From Bigelowiella natans CCMP2755 (Eukaryota > Protista > Cercozoa): 64,000 nucleotides of DNA. How positions within the stretch are numbered: the first letter of the stretch is position 1; each line of letters starts with the position of its first letter. Below are positions 9,348-23,362 of this stretch, one piece after another. The notes beneath the pieces were generated by a model, which was not told the origin of the DNA, made no database searches, and was given only the letters and a program-made list of their open reading frames with translations. The translations under genes and the position numbers were made by a program. The stretch spans positions 53,270 to 117,269 of the forward strand of contig ADNK01001958.1 in NCBI GenBank assembly GCA_000320545.1, written 5' to 3'.

Positions 9348-11200
9348 CATGAAATGGCTACAGGGAATATCCACTGCTCTTTGACTATCTACACGTTCTC
9401 TCCGTGGTGCTGACAGCTTTGGTTCGTACAATACACATCATTCTCTCGAAATCATCTTCCTCGTCTTTCTTTACTTTATTATCATGAAGATATGAGATTT
9501 TGAAAGATGGGGCAGAAGGATGGTGAGGAGGAGGAGGAGAGTAACAAGAATATTCTCCTACTCCTCCAATTTCTTCATTCCTGAAAATGGTTATTCGGAT
9601 AGAAAGAAAAAAGACGAGTAGTTGAGAAGTAGAGATCCTCCTCACTGTTATTGACTGGTTATCATCTTTGCCATCTTGCATCATTATATTCTTAGATATT
9701 TCCGTACGGGGGATCTGCTTTAACCACCTTCTTATCTCCAGGTTGTGGAAGAAGATGCGTGCTAATCAAACAGCCTTTCCTTATAGAATTGATAAATCTG
9801 CATGAGAACAAACCTCTCCTTGATCAAAATTTTATCACACTTGGTGTGAGCATATACGTTTGCGAGCATAGTAATGATAAACGATTACCTTAATGCTACA
9901 AAGCTCATTTCTTCCATAGAGAAGTACAAGCCCACTATTCCTTTTTGTGTTGAAATATATGGTAATGTCGAATGTAGAACCTACCTACATAGACATATCC
10001 CTTAAACCGCGACACTATCTTCATATTTTCCCTTTTTATTGGCAGTTTTGCTATCATCATTGCAATTCGTGTCCTTTTTCCGAGAAGAAACGTAGTGGCA
10101 TTGTCTTTGTTGGGGGTTCAAATGGAAGGAACTCAGTAGTCCTAAGGCTTGTTGCTAATAATCTCGTGATATAGTTCATCATTACGATACGATGATGCAG
10201 GTTCTATGACAGCACCTTTGATCACTGCCACGGCAGGATTGTGTTTCGTCACGATCATAGCTTTAGAGACATGGTCAGCGATTGATGTGTGTGAATGGGG
10301 GATTCAGTAGTAGTGAGAGCAGGATTATGATAGGGATATGGTAGGGTTACTACCTCTCAATGACTTGGAACAAAGATGGTTATGTTATATTTATTCGTCA
10401 TCATCATTTCCCTCCTTGTCTTTCCTTCCTCGCTGCAGGTCGATGTGTGTACGCAGAAAGCATGGAGGAATACAAGCCATACTTGAAGACTCAATTCAAA
10501 GTGTCTACATGATTCCTGGTACTGCTGATCATGAAATCGTGTTTTTGCGGTGATTAGTAGATAGATATGACGATGGTTTCAACAGTGATGGCCACACAGT
10601 TAACATCATAGGCAGCACAAAAACACGAAGAAGAAGAAGAAGAAGAAGAAGAAGACAAAAGAATGGAGAAAATGAAAGAGGGAGGGAGGGTGGGGGTTGT
10701 TTAGAGCCTTTTCTTTAAATTGTCTAAGTGGACAAGCGTGTGAATCTGAGTTTGCCTATGTACCTCAACAAGGTGCCATTCTACAATCATCATCATAATC
10801 ATCATTGTCATGTGATCTATATCAGTCTTTGCCGGAGTAAATGCTTTGATTGAAGAGGCTGAGTATAGAGGTCATCATTGCAGGCAGGGTGTCGATGATT
10901 CGAAGTCAGAATCTGTGCACATGATGCTTTGCGTCCGTCTTTGGTTCAATATGAATTTTGATTCTTTTCCTCCTCCTCCTCCCCTTTCTCTTTCTTTTCA
11001 CAACTGCTACTTTTATGTGACCACCACCCCAGGTGTGATCCTATGCACTTTATTGTCTCCGGATATTGCTGCTACTAACAATACCACCTTGATTAGCAGC
11101 AAGGTAGTAGTAGTGAGAAGTAGTAGTAGTAGTAGTACTGTGATGTTCTGGCTCTTATCATGGTGTGCATGACGATGCAGTGTGTATGTATTTTTGTGCG

Positions 11201-11261
<61 letters not shown>

Positions 11262-11713
11262 AATTCAAGTGTTGTTCTCCTTCTCCTCCTTATGTTTCTT
11301 ACACTTACAAATGCACAGGTGATTGCTGCTTGTTTGTTTCAAGCGATTCTATTCGGTACTTTAAGATGATGATGATGATGACGACGACGATGTTGGTGAT
11401 GACGATGATGTTGATCATGATGATGCAACAGCTGTATCCCAGTAAAATGAAGAAGATATGTCCTAAAGAGTCCATTTCCGATGACTCAGTCGTTCATAGC
11501 CCATGCACATTTATTTTTGCTTGATGCTTTCTACCAAATGCTCATCAACGTTGAGCTACTTAAGAAATCGTCCTCCTTGTTATCTATTCCTTGGTCGCTT
11601 TCTCACTGGCTTTTTTAATTACTTGTCTCAATCAAGGCCTTGATCATTATCACGGGGGATTTCCCAGTGGAGTGTACTACATCATCACAACTTGCTAAAT
11701 ACTTCAACTTGCC

Positions 11714-11769
<56 letters not shown>

Positions 11770-13384
11770 GATGGTTGTTGTGTGTTAAGAGTTTCTTGAT
11801 GAATGAAAAGCATAGAAGATACTACGGAATTTATTTCCTGATTTTTTTTTTATTGATTATTATTATTCAGATCTGGATTCATCTTGGTTACAGGTAGTAG
11901 TAGTAGTAGTAGTAGTAGTGTAGTAGTAGCAGTAGTAGTAGTGCTAGTGGTAGCAGTAGAAGTAGTAGTAGTGGAAGAAGTAGTAGTAGTAGTAATAGTT
12001 GGAGCATTTACTAAAGATGCAAACCTACTAATTTGCCGTATTAATGCTTTATAGGTTGGGGATTTGTTCTGGGACTTCTAAGATGCCTTTCAGGCGGAAT
12101 CCTCCTTTCATGTATGACATTCATGCATGCACATGTACTGCCGTGCTGAGACCGTACCGATGCTGTTGTTTCCTTGCTACATCGCTTTACTCTCTTTGCT
12201 TTTCGCTCATAATCGTGAAATGTGTGAAGAGGGCATCAAACACATATGTGTGTGCGCACTCATGCGTGATATTAACTTATTCTTAAGCTGCGGCTGGCGA
12301 CGGTTGATTCTTGAGTGTTCATTATGCGTGTTGTTTAATGCTACTACCAGATGTGACACATATCGTGGCCGATGCGACGATAGGTAGTGCGTGACTTGTA
12401 GTGTTTGTCCTCTACTCATCTATCTCAATCATCTAATGATAGCCTAACGGTTGTAGTAACTACGTGCTGCTAAATCCTACTTCTGTCGAATAATATCTGA
12501 ATGAAATGCAAAACACACAATAATTAGGTTTTTTAGTACTGAGATATAAGAAAGTCGCAGATGACTAGGAGGAGTAGGGAAAGGATGATGGAATGTCGAT
12601 CATATTGCAGATGGACACAATGTGTACCGATTAGGCCGAAGATAGAGCGATACGATGTTAGCCCCTGCTATGATGAAACGAACGTTAGCATCCAACATAT
12701 GGATGACACTTTCAGCACGCACATAGTCCTGTACAGCAATGCAATAACATCTGCGCTTGCATCACGTACACACGCCTACTTAGCGTTACGTCTAGTACGT
12801 CTTAGTCATGGTGATTGGCGCGAACAGATTTATGCATGCTAGCATGGGCAACAGAGGTCTAGAGGAGTGATGATTAGAAACTTTAAGGGGAAATTGCTAC
12901 GTTCTTGGTTGAGCTGCACGAATAAGCCTGCAGCACCGATGCAGTTCATTCCTATTTGCTTGCATACAAAACGTGTCGTATCACATGCATCATGTACATA
13001 TGTGACGTACATGCAACGTAAACGTAAGTCAGCGGCTTGAGGTAGTACATCTAGATACACGTAGGCTGCGCTGGATTTAAATGTGGTCGCACATTCTAAG
13101 CTGCAGACTGTTTACACATATACACGGTGAGCGTGTCTAATTATGAACCCACGGACTGATAGATACGCTGTCGTCGCATGCTAGTAATAAATGGATGTGT
13201 ACGAGTACATACCAAGATTTTCATGCTTAGGCCTTCAAATATCTTTTTTGACATTATTTTTATGAACATGGTTAATCAAACTACTGAGTAGATAAGCACC
13301 ATTAAATCTACCGTCGATATCATCGATCAGGAGTAAGTGTTATCACTGATCACATATCGACATTAGGTTTCCAAATTGAGGTGT

Positions 13385-14173
13385 TTACAACGGTAGCGAG
13401 AGCTGCCGTCTCATCCTTGCACGCTGTCGCTTGGGAATATTAAATGTCAAATATTGTGATCTCTCTTGAGGAGTCATTGTTTGTCCCGTCTTCTCCTGAA
13501 TGATGCTCACGATTTTCTTATGCCCATATTTCAGTGCGTAGCCAAAGACAGACGTCCCCTGGAAATATGCACAGACACGAACGGCAAGAATTACAACATG
13601 TAGCATTCACCACGAATCCGGACGACGGGCTTGCATCGATGATGCACTTCTATTGTTCATTAAATTCAATTTATCAAAGGAAGATTCTTCAATTTGGAAA
13701 TAGCGTTTCTTTCTCTGCCTCCCCATTCCTGTCCTCCCCCCTTCACTCTTCCCCACTTGCTTTTTCTGTTAGTAGAATATATACATAATATGCCATACCC
13801 AAGAATCTCGGAAATCAATCTTGATGTCATTAATATACGTTTGCCTTTTTGGTCCAGTCGTTGTCGTGATTTTGAGAGAATCCCCTGTCGCCTTCTTGCG
13901 ACTACTCCTACTACTACTACTACTACTTCTATAACTACCACGTATCTTTTGCTTATGAACCCCCTCATGTGTCTTCTCCTCAATATCCTGTACTTTCCCT
14001 TTCTTGGAATTCAATAAAGTTAATATTTTCTTGGAGTCTCCAGATCGTGCATACTTGAAGAAGAGTATTTGCTTTGTCTGTAGTCAACAAGACACGAATC
14101 AGAGATAAATGAGGCATCTATCTTAATATGTGTGTGTGTGTGTGTGTGTGTGGGTGTGTGGGTGGTGAGGAGG

Positions 14174-14204
<31 letters not shown>

Positions 14205-14450
14205 TCGCGCTCTTCAACTTCTCGTATGTGCAAGTTTGAATGGTCATCAATCGAAGTTGTATTCCATCTTCGTTGAGATCTTTTGGCATCATAAAAGTAG
14301 CAGTAGTAGTAGTTGTGGTAGTGATCGTGTGATGTGATACTGCTGCTACCATTATGTGCTCGTGGAAGCTATCCCACCAATACAGGAGGATGAGGTAAAT
14401 AACCCGAGGTACTTCTTTCGATGAGGTTTCTAATATGACGATGACAGTTG

Positions 14451-14485
<35 letters not shown>

Positions 14486-15876
14486 GTGACGATTCAATGA
14501 GATGTATACTTCTCCACTTAAGGAAAATCTACTCTCTAGTAGTGGTGTTAGAGGGTTTGGGCAGCAGCAGCAGCAGCATTCGTGAAGATTATCAACAAGT
14601 TGGAAGTAAACACCAACCTAATCTTTTCTTCATGATATCATAGATGACTCCGTTGCTGCCGCTGTTGTCAAGGCTAACATCCTCCTCTTTCATGTCTGGG
14701 TCTTTTCCTGCATCATCATCTCTGATGACTAGATTCGAGGGTTCTTGCAGCTCGTTCAGTCTCTCGGGGGTCAGGGCTAGCAAAGAGTGCAGGTATGCTC
14801 CTACTTGGGCATGGATGGCCTGGATCTTCGATAACGACAAGGGACAGCAGCAGAAGGACAAAATAAAAGGGGGGGGTGGGTGGGAGGAGAATTGGATGAT
14901 AAAAGAGAACCGAAGATTGCACAACGCACTTTCGGCTCTACCACAATTTTAAAATAGCAAATGAGGAGCGATCTTTGTTATTATTCTCGTAATGCTGCAC
15001 ATATATCATGAGGTAAAGGATCGAAGTTCAATCTTCGTTGTATCTTAAAACAGAGATATCCATTCCTGCTTCTAATCTATAGCTGCTGCTGCTGCTGCTA
15101 CGAGTGACATATGCTACCGCGTAAGCCCGCCTCCAAGAGGGTGACACGTCCACGATGTGGTAATGCTATCAAGAGCAGCAAAGAAGGACAACAAGTGTAA
15201 GTAAGTCAATTGGAGGGAGCGTATATTTGTGTATGAGCGACATCGCAACACCAAGCTTACGCGCTCTTAAATATCTTCAGCTACTGCATACTTTCTCGAG
15301 AAGAATACACGTTTATGGTATTGCGAATAATATATACGTCGGAAATATATTCATCTTGTAGTGCTGTTAATTATTACGCATTTTCGGAGCTTATGATACC
15401 GCAGCCTTGATTTGTTTTCTTCATCGTCCTACCATCAACCATGGAAATGACAATGATGGTGATGGTGATGACGATGATGATGATGATAATGTAAATCACA
15501 GATAATCTTCGTTGTTATCCATCCATACCTGTGAGTAAAAGAGCCGTGGGAAGTCCTTTTGAAGGCGTGATCTACGATAGAGGAAGAATACCATCAGGGT
15601 TAGTGTGGAGATGATAAGGCAAATTGCACAAAAAATGTAAAAGCTGATAGAATTTCATTATTATATCATAACGGATTCTTTCTACTTTGAATAACTTCAC
15701 AACCTCCATGCTCTCAATGATGGTGAGGGATCCTGATTATCACCACCATTTTCGTTCTCGTCTTCATTATTATCATCCTGTCTTTGAAGATTTATTATAG
15801 TTCCTGCTTGTACTAGCTTCCACCTTTTGAAAGGAGATCGATAGCACAACTAGTAAGAGGAGATATTGTAACATCA

Positions 15877-15916
<40 letters not shown>

Positions 15917-15917
15917 G

Positions 15918-15956
<39 letters not shown>

Positions 15957-16610
15957 ATTACGCATATGCTGTAAATAAGACGTATTTTCTTAGTTTTGTA
16001 TCTACACACGCACACGCACATTTTGGAAGGGCTGAGCGGACGGATATAATCTTGTGCAGACCCTTCAGTAATAAGCACACACATAATGATGTAACAGAAA
16101 AGAACAATGATATGATCAGCAACACACACTGCTACGACGCACAGTACGTACGCATTAGATGTGACTCAACGATGATCCATTTATTAGCTGCAGTGCCATC
16201 ACTTAAATATCAATAACTCATCAGCACCCGCACATTATCATCATCGTCATTCTTCCGATCTATCGCTACACTCGCGACCAAGGATTCGGAGCTTCTGCGC
16301 CATCTTATCGTTTTGTGTTCTCAACCTTCAAATCATCGTTAGGAGCATCGGTGAAACACACACACACGCACACAGCAGAGGAATATAAGTAAGCTTGCAG
16401 GGAGGAAGGGAAGAATGGGTCGGAGGAGAAGGAGCAAAGACATAACGATATCGTCGTTCTCACATTTCGTGGACTTCTGCTGAACGAAACATGGACCTTC
16501 GAAGGGGGAGGGGGGGGGGGGGGGGATAAAGAAGGAGGAGGAGGAGGAAATACACCGAAACAGACGAATAAGGATGCAAGTTATCGCAGCACAGCATTCC
16601 TTGTCTCTAT

Positions 16611-16648
<38 letters not shown>

Positions 16649-17727
16649 TGGAAGAAGGGGAGCGTGCATTTGCATACATGATTGGTGAATTGAAGCACAC
16701 ACTCATTACCACCACCACCACCACCACCACCACCACCATCTTGATCATCATCATCGTTGTATTTCTTCTTTTCCCTCTTTACATCTTCTTATTATTATTA
16801 CCATCCACGGCCATGGCGAATCCAGTTTCCGAAGATCTCCAAACATACCTGCCAATCGTCCTCATCATCATCATCATCACCACCACCACCACCATCGTCA
16901 CACTAATGAGCAAGCTCAAACCCACCCACACCAATGAAAGAGGGAGAGGTGTGGAAGATTGCTGCGAATTGTACAGCTGGTAGTTGGCGTCCCTCTGTTC
17001 TATCAGGTCTCATCATTTCCTCCTCCTCTTCCTTCTCTCTGTTTATCTCCCCCCCCTAATCGTAGCTGTTTGCTACTACTAGTTACAATGTGCTCGCGGG
17101 GCTTTAGATATCCAACAACGAATCCTTCGAACCGTTCATAAATGCAGCAAGAGTCATATCAGTATAGGAGAAAAAGAAAGACTTTTTTATCAGAGGAGAT
17201 CATCAGGCATGATTATGATTATGTATATGTCCGTGCGTTTTGCATCATTCTCGTTGAATCATCCACATATAGTCGTATCAAGCGTGAGAAGATCATGGAG
17301 GAGGAGCATATTCACAAGGCAACCATAACCATCCCCCACCTTTCTTATCTGATGGGATATTTCGAATACAGATAACTCCAGGGAAGCAGCACTGAAAGCA
17401 CGGAGCAGAAGGAAGAGAAAAGGAGACGTACACGAAGAAAAATGACAATTATATACATTTTACTATAACTGATCGATTTTGGAAAAACCGCCCCATTAAC
17501 CTTCCAAATTCTCGATTTATTGTCCATCCAACCCTTGAGCAGCATATCAGCATCCAAGCTCCCATCATATACCTTTTTTAAGAGGGAAGAACCACAACCA
17601 GCATCATCATGATGCGATGTGAGATCATCATCATCATCTTCTTCTTCATCTTCATCACATTGCAATTCTTTCAATGTCGTCATTATCCCTCCACCTCCCC
17701 CTCCTCCTCTCCCTCTTTCTCGTGTGT

Positions 17728-17767
<40 letters not shown>

Positions 17768-18687
17768 GTGTGTGTATGTGTGCATGTGTATGTGTATTGT
17801 GACTATCATTACTGGCAATGGGTTTTTCACCAGCACCTCATGATGATGATTGTGCATGCATATACCCAAAACACACAAGTACCTCAGACGGAATAACACT
17901 TTCGATGATGACAATAGCCCTAAGCGTGATTTTCTCCTCTTTTTCCACGCAGACGTAGAATCGGCCAGTCTGTGGTGTTTTTGGTGATATGAGTCGTGGT
18001 AGTAGTTGTTTGTTGTTACTGTAGATGATAATGATGATGATAATTGGGAGATATATATTGATTATATGTATGTATGCATATTCTAGCAGGATGAGAAGTT
18101 ATACTGGTATAATGACTATAACCCACCCCCTTTTGAGTGAGATAGTCTTTAACCCATCTTTGAGGCAAGGAGAGCAACTCACATTCAAACCTCCTGTTGA
18201 TTCTCTGCATTCGTCTCGAGTTGAAGAACCGCGCTTCAGTAACGGTATCATGATCCATGGTGCCGGTATTATCATCATCATCATCATCGCCCTCTTGGTC
18301 GCTAGTAGTGCCAACGCTCTTCAATGGGCTGCTGTCGTTGTCGTTGTCCGGGCCTTCTTCGAGCTCCAATGCGAAGGAGAAAGAAGGAGAACGATTCCCT
18401 TTTGAGCTGGAATAGTTCCAACTAGATCGGAATGGTGATAAAGATGATGATGGTGATGAATAGGAGGGGAGGGGGGAGGAGGAGGAGGAAGAGAAGGAAG
18501 ACTGAAGATCACTCTTCTCAGCTAGGAGAACATTATTGACCTGAAGGGTATTACAAAGCATTCTATTCACCCTATTCTTTTTCTTCTTCTTCTTCTTTTT
18601 CTTCTTCCTCTTCTTTTTCTTCTTCTTCTTCCTCTTCTTTCGTAAGTGCAACAATCTCGTCGTAGAGTATATGTAAAGCAGTAGAAA

Positions 18688-18724
<37 letters not shown>

Positions 18725-19099
18725 AATGTAAATTGATGTATTAATTAATGCTGAAACACAATCCTCCTACTACCACCATGCTCCTCCCACTTATACTGCT
18801 GCTACTACTACTACTACTACTACTACTACTATTACTACTACTACAAAGGCTACCGTTGAATTTGTCTTCTTCTCGTTTAGACCGAGAATATGAGCACTGG
18901 CATTTAGTAAGGCCTCACAGGAGAAGAGCTCGCATTCTCTATTCTTCGCGAGGCAATCTCCCGTGGGGGTAAAAATACTGTATTGCGCCTGAAGAAGGGG
19001 AAGCACAATACGATGCAAATGTTATACCACTGCCGATCACGAATGCTAAAACATTTATGAAAATCCATGCCAATATTACTGCTCCTATACTCCTACTTT

Positions 19100-19133
<34 letters not shown>

Positions 19134-20595
19134 CACTACTATTGCAATAGTCGTAGCATGCGTGGATTGGGTTTCTTAAATGAGCGAGAAAGATACCCTG
19201 TTTGAAATCTCTATTAGTGCAAGAACAGCCTGCAAGCAAACCCATGCGTTTGTCTTCGTTAGAGGTACGAGGACCCTCGGTTCGTCATTAAACTGCAGAA
19301 TCACACTGATGGTATGGAGAAGCACAAGAAAGAGTCAGAGAGTAAAAATATAACATTTGGTTTCCTCTTCTCTCGTTTCCTCCTCCCCTATTTTCCTTCC
19401 CTTTGCCTACCGACATTGATTGCTTCATTCCGACACTACACTATGCATCTTCGAAAAAAGACTATCAAGTAGTAAAGGTAGCAGTAATAGTAGCCTTCAC
19501 GTTGCAACCAAAGCTGCAATATAACTGCAAAGCCAGTAAACTATGATAAAGATACTGAAGTATGATTCACCCTTCCTCCTCCTCGTCAAGAAATGCATTG
19601 TGGAAGGAGAAGATGCTGGTGGACACCATGCAAACGTATTTCATCTCCTCCGGGAAGTGCTTGAAATACAGAAACTGATAATGAACATTGACACGAAATG
19701 TCATATCACGGATTACCAAGACTGAAAATCATGTCACGAGAAATATTGCAACATGTCTGTCTCTATCAATGTTTCTAAACGATAGAAGAATGTTCGCAAT
19801 TGCTTGTAAGTGCCTTGGCAGAAGTGAAGACAATATGACGGTGCACGTTTCCTTTCACATCGTGGAGATATATAATAGGGATCTCGTTCCTTCCCCACTG
19901 CACCATTGCATCGATCTGTGTACATCATAGAAATGTAGTATTATCGTCATGATGACCATAGCCTTCAGGACAATAGTGAAAAAAACATCCACTTGTGTAC
20001 CCCTCCCTCCCTTATTGATGTAGGGGGTCTAATTATTCTATCTATCATAGTTATCATCATCATTATCACCACAACCACCACATTGTCGCCATTATAGCAT
20101 TATCATATATCATACCCCGCGGCTCGTGATAGGCATTCCGATGTCAATCCCATTTATATGTTTGAAGAGACTACGGAAGAATTGGCTACGGTAGAGTCTT
20201 ACCACCCTATGAGGGAGAGGAGAGGAGGAGGAGGAGGAGGAGGAGGAGGAGGATGCACAATATTTAAATTCGCAGAAGAAAAAGACAAAACATGCATGAG
20301 ATAGATCCACATTGTGTCTCCCTGCAACAAGTCTCACTACATGTATGTTAACATGAGATTTGCTTTGCCATACTACAACTTATGTACTCCAAAGCGTTAG
20401 CGTAAATTACATGTCGTGCTGTGAGAGGCCCCGCCCACGCCCACGCCCACACCCACGTCCATTCTTCATCCTCAGAAACGAATTATTGGGTGATTGGCGA
20501 TGATGTCCAGGTGCTCCTGGCTCAAAATAATTTCTGGTCGCGCCTATTATGGTCTGTTTGTTGTGTAGAAGCAGCTCAGCCCCTAATGGAACCAC
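13385..20595 (-). CDS. Large multi-exon gene (possibly two) of unknown function, with hydrophobic segments and an ankyrin-like C-terminal exon
   Basis: Last exon GTSVFGYALKYGHKKIVSII (ankyrin-like); TM-like exon SIGAVILAWIFINVLAFVIG at ~19.0-19.1 kb; SSR-filled GT-AG introns. Exon chain not resolved. Confidence 0.4.
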
Positions 20596-20895
20596 CTTTG
20601 TGGTAGCACCATTAAGGTTCCACGGTTCCGCTCTAATAACGTCTCAACTTCTTCGTCGGAAACATTGTACAGTCGCACCAGCTTAGCTGAAGAAGAATTT
20701 GAAATTTTGAAAAAAATAGCTTGTAGCCGCGGAAATAAAATAAAATATCGGACTGTGGCCCTCCTCAGTACCCTAAAAATTAGGAATTCTGGGAGTTTTG
20801 ATTCGATTTATGTGCGACAACGAATAATCGATGTCGCAGAATGTAAAATGTCAGTATTACAACATTTTACAATCAAAATTCGAGCCTGAGCAACC

Positions 20896-21573
20896 ATGGC
20901 GAACGCGATGGAGACTGAGAACGTTCCTTCTTCGTCGGCTTCCCCAGAGATTAAACTCAAGGTGGAAAGATGGTTTGATATTTAGCTCCTTAATAGAGCA
21001 GTGAGCAAATAAAGAATCGAACAACTCCGAAATTTTGTAGACGCGATGAACATCATACATCATGAAAAGGCGTTTGGATCCTCCTTATGATCCTCTCTGC
21101 TATCTCATCCTTTCTCCCTGCCATCCATCTTTCTTTTCCGTACCCACTTCCCTTCTCTTTTCTGTTCATTTTTAGTGCCAGTTCGAATCGTGAACAAATA
21201 TTGATCGCTGCATGTTGTCCAAAGGAAGTAAATCTGTACGGCGGAACTTTCCGAGCGAAAATCCCAGAGAGCATGAAAGATGTGAGTGAGATGCGTCAAG
21301 TTCCCAACCATCAGGAATTCTATGCGGATCTTCAATCCGGTCTTAGCACTATAGTGGAAATGAATGAGGTAGCTAAAGAACCGAATAGTAAACCGTATGG
21401 ATTCTGTAATCATTGTCTATGTACCCTCGCAGCACCAGAAACAAGTGAAAGATGAGGCGGCAGCAGCGTTTTTCTTTGAAAATCTTGCAAAAGATAACGA
21501 TGCTAAAGCAGCGACGATTTCAAAACAAGGTTAGCCGCTGCATCCGTCTTTTGAGCAAATGAAATATAATATA

Positions 21574-21613
<40 letters not shown>

Positions 21614-21727
21614 GTGTGTGTGTGTGTGTGTGCAGGGTCTGCCGACATTCCAAGCTTCAAGGAGTACTTCACGGCGTATGCAATTGGTATGAAACAATTC
21701 GCTAGCTCATGGATTTATTTGACTTGA
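20896..21727 (+). CDS. Small spliced hypothetical protein
   Basis: ATG in good context (CAACCATGG, MANAMETENV...) followed by short GT-AG-bounded open exons. 3' end uncertain. Confidence 0.45.
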
Positions 21728-22526
21728 ATTATCTCAGGGGATCACTTGGTGAAAGAAAGGATCGATAACAAGGGACCACAACTCAGGTCGCTCCAAAAAA
21801 ATCTCCCTGTTAACATACATCTGACAGTTGACTTTACAGAGTGCGAGTGCACATGGCAGTAATTCGATTAAAAAAGTACGTTGAATTACTTTTTTCTCAG
21901 TTTACCAAACCAACACTAATTTATCATATCTAACAGGGTGACAACAGACTTGCTCATGATTTTAAGTTATCCTGTGAAGAATGAAATCTCAGAAAAAGAG
22001 GTTGTCAAAGATTAAATCATTTGGATTCGTGCCTCATTTTGTTCAATCCTGGAATCATTCTTACAACTGCATAATTTTCCATTATTTCCACATCTAGAGC
22101 ACGAAACTAGAGTCCACATTCATGGCAATGATGAAGTCCTTCGAAATAAGATCTTGGGCCGTGTTCAAGGGTAGTGGATGAGCAAATTTGATTCGACTAC
22201 CAAGTACTACATTCGTCGCAGGCAAATTCAATAAACGAGTACTGCAAACCTTAATATGCGCACCTCATGCTAACAGTGCGAGGCCATGCTTATTGTATCA
22301 CATGTAAATGAATATACAAACATGCTGCTAGTACGTAGTGTTGTGACGGGCTAGCCGACGTGCTTATATAAGCATGCATGCACATCTAGATGTACACATA
22401 GTTGCGCACATACGCACGAACACGCATCTGTCATTTGCCACACGTTAATGCACTGCCACATGGCATCTTTCCCGTTTTGTTCGTTACACAAATATGCTAT
22501 ACACCATTTGTGTGCTTGCACGTGCA

Positions 22527-22788
22527 AGACGGATGTACTGAATGATTTTGCATTCTTTCAATGGTCGTCCTAATGTAGCTTGACGTGCAATACAGCTGCG
22601 GCTACAGCACTTATAAACACGTACATGTCTTGATATGCATGTGTGTAGAGCTTTCGCCCAGCACTGAATATATAGTATCAGAGTAGCAGAAACGAACAAG
22701 CACAACATAAACGCTGTAGCCGCTCTGCATAGCTACATTGGGATGACTATTGAAAGAATGTAATGTAATTATTTTGTTATGTCCGTCT
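22527..22788. mobile_element. MITE-like element with ~85-bp imperfect terminal inverted repeats
   Basis: Left arm AGACGGATGT...TCAATGGTCGTCCTAATGTAGCT...GCGGCTACAGCACTTAT (22527-22614) is an imperfect reverse complement of the right arm ATAAACGCTGTAGCCGC...AGCTACATTGGGATGACTATTGA...TGTCCGTCT (22707-22788). Confidence 0.7.
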
Positions 22789-23362
22789 CACATCTAGGTA
22801 CATATACGTTACATACATACATACATAATTTGTGCATGCAATAGCTGTGTGTTGTTAAAAAATAAAATTCGCATCCTGATCGTGAGAAACGTTAAATGAT
22901 AAAGCAAAGTAAACTCTGCAGCGTATATACAGGTAGTGCTAACTAGATACTACGTCGTTTCGTCGATCGCTGCATGTATGGGTGTAATACTTTAAAGATT
23001 AAGACTAATTTCAATTTAATTATAATTGTTGTACTCTATTCGACTCACATGTCATCACAACTTTACCCCATGGTTAATTTCTAAGATCATGTAGCCGTAA
23101 TATTTTTATTAGATTATGGGAATTCCTGTGGCAGATAAAATATAAATTCTGAACGTTACTATAATCATAATGAGATACTAAATAGTGGATCGCGACATTC
23201 AGCACCAATTTTATCCTACCTAAATTAATCCTTAAGTATGATATAATATTCATTAAATCTCCTCTACTTTCATATTATTTACAATTTAAAATTATATTGT
23301 CTTCTTAAAGGCACAGCCACTATTTCTTATGCCAATGTCAACGTTCGCAGGAAACCAAACAG

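Noticed and set aside
9050-11900. Possible minus-strand gene among SSR-rich sequence
   Set aside because: Coding-like patches exist, but I could not assemble a stop-free exon chain or recognise a domain.
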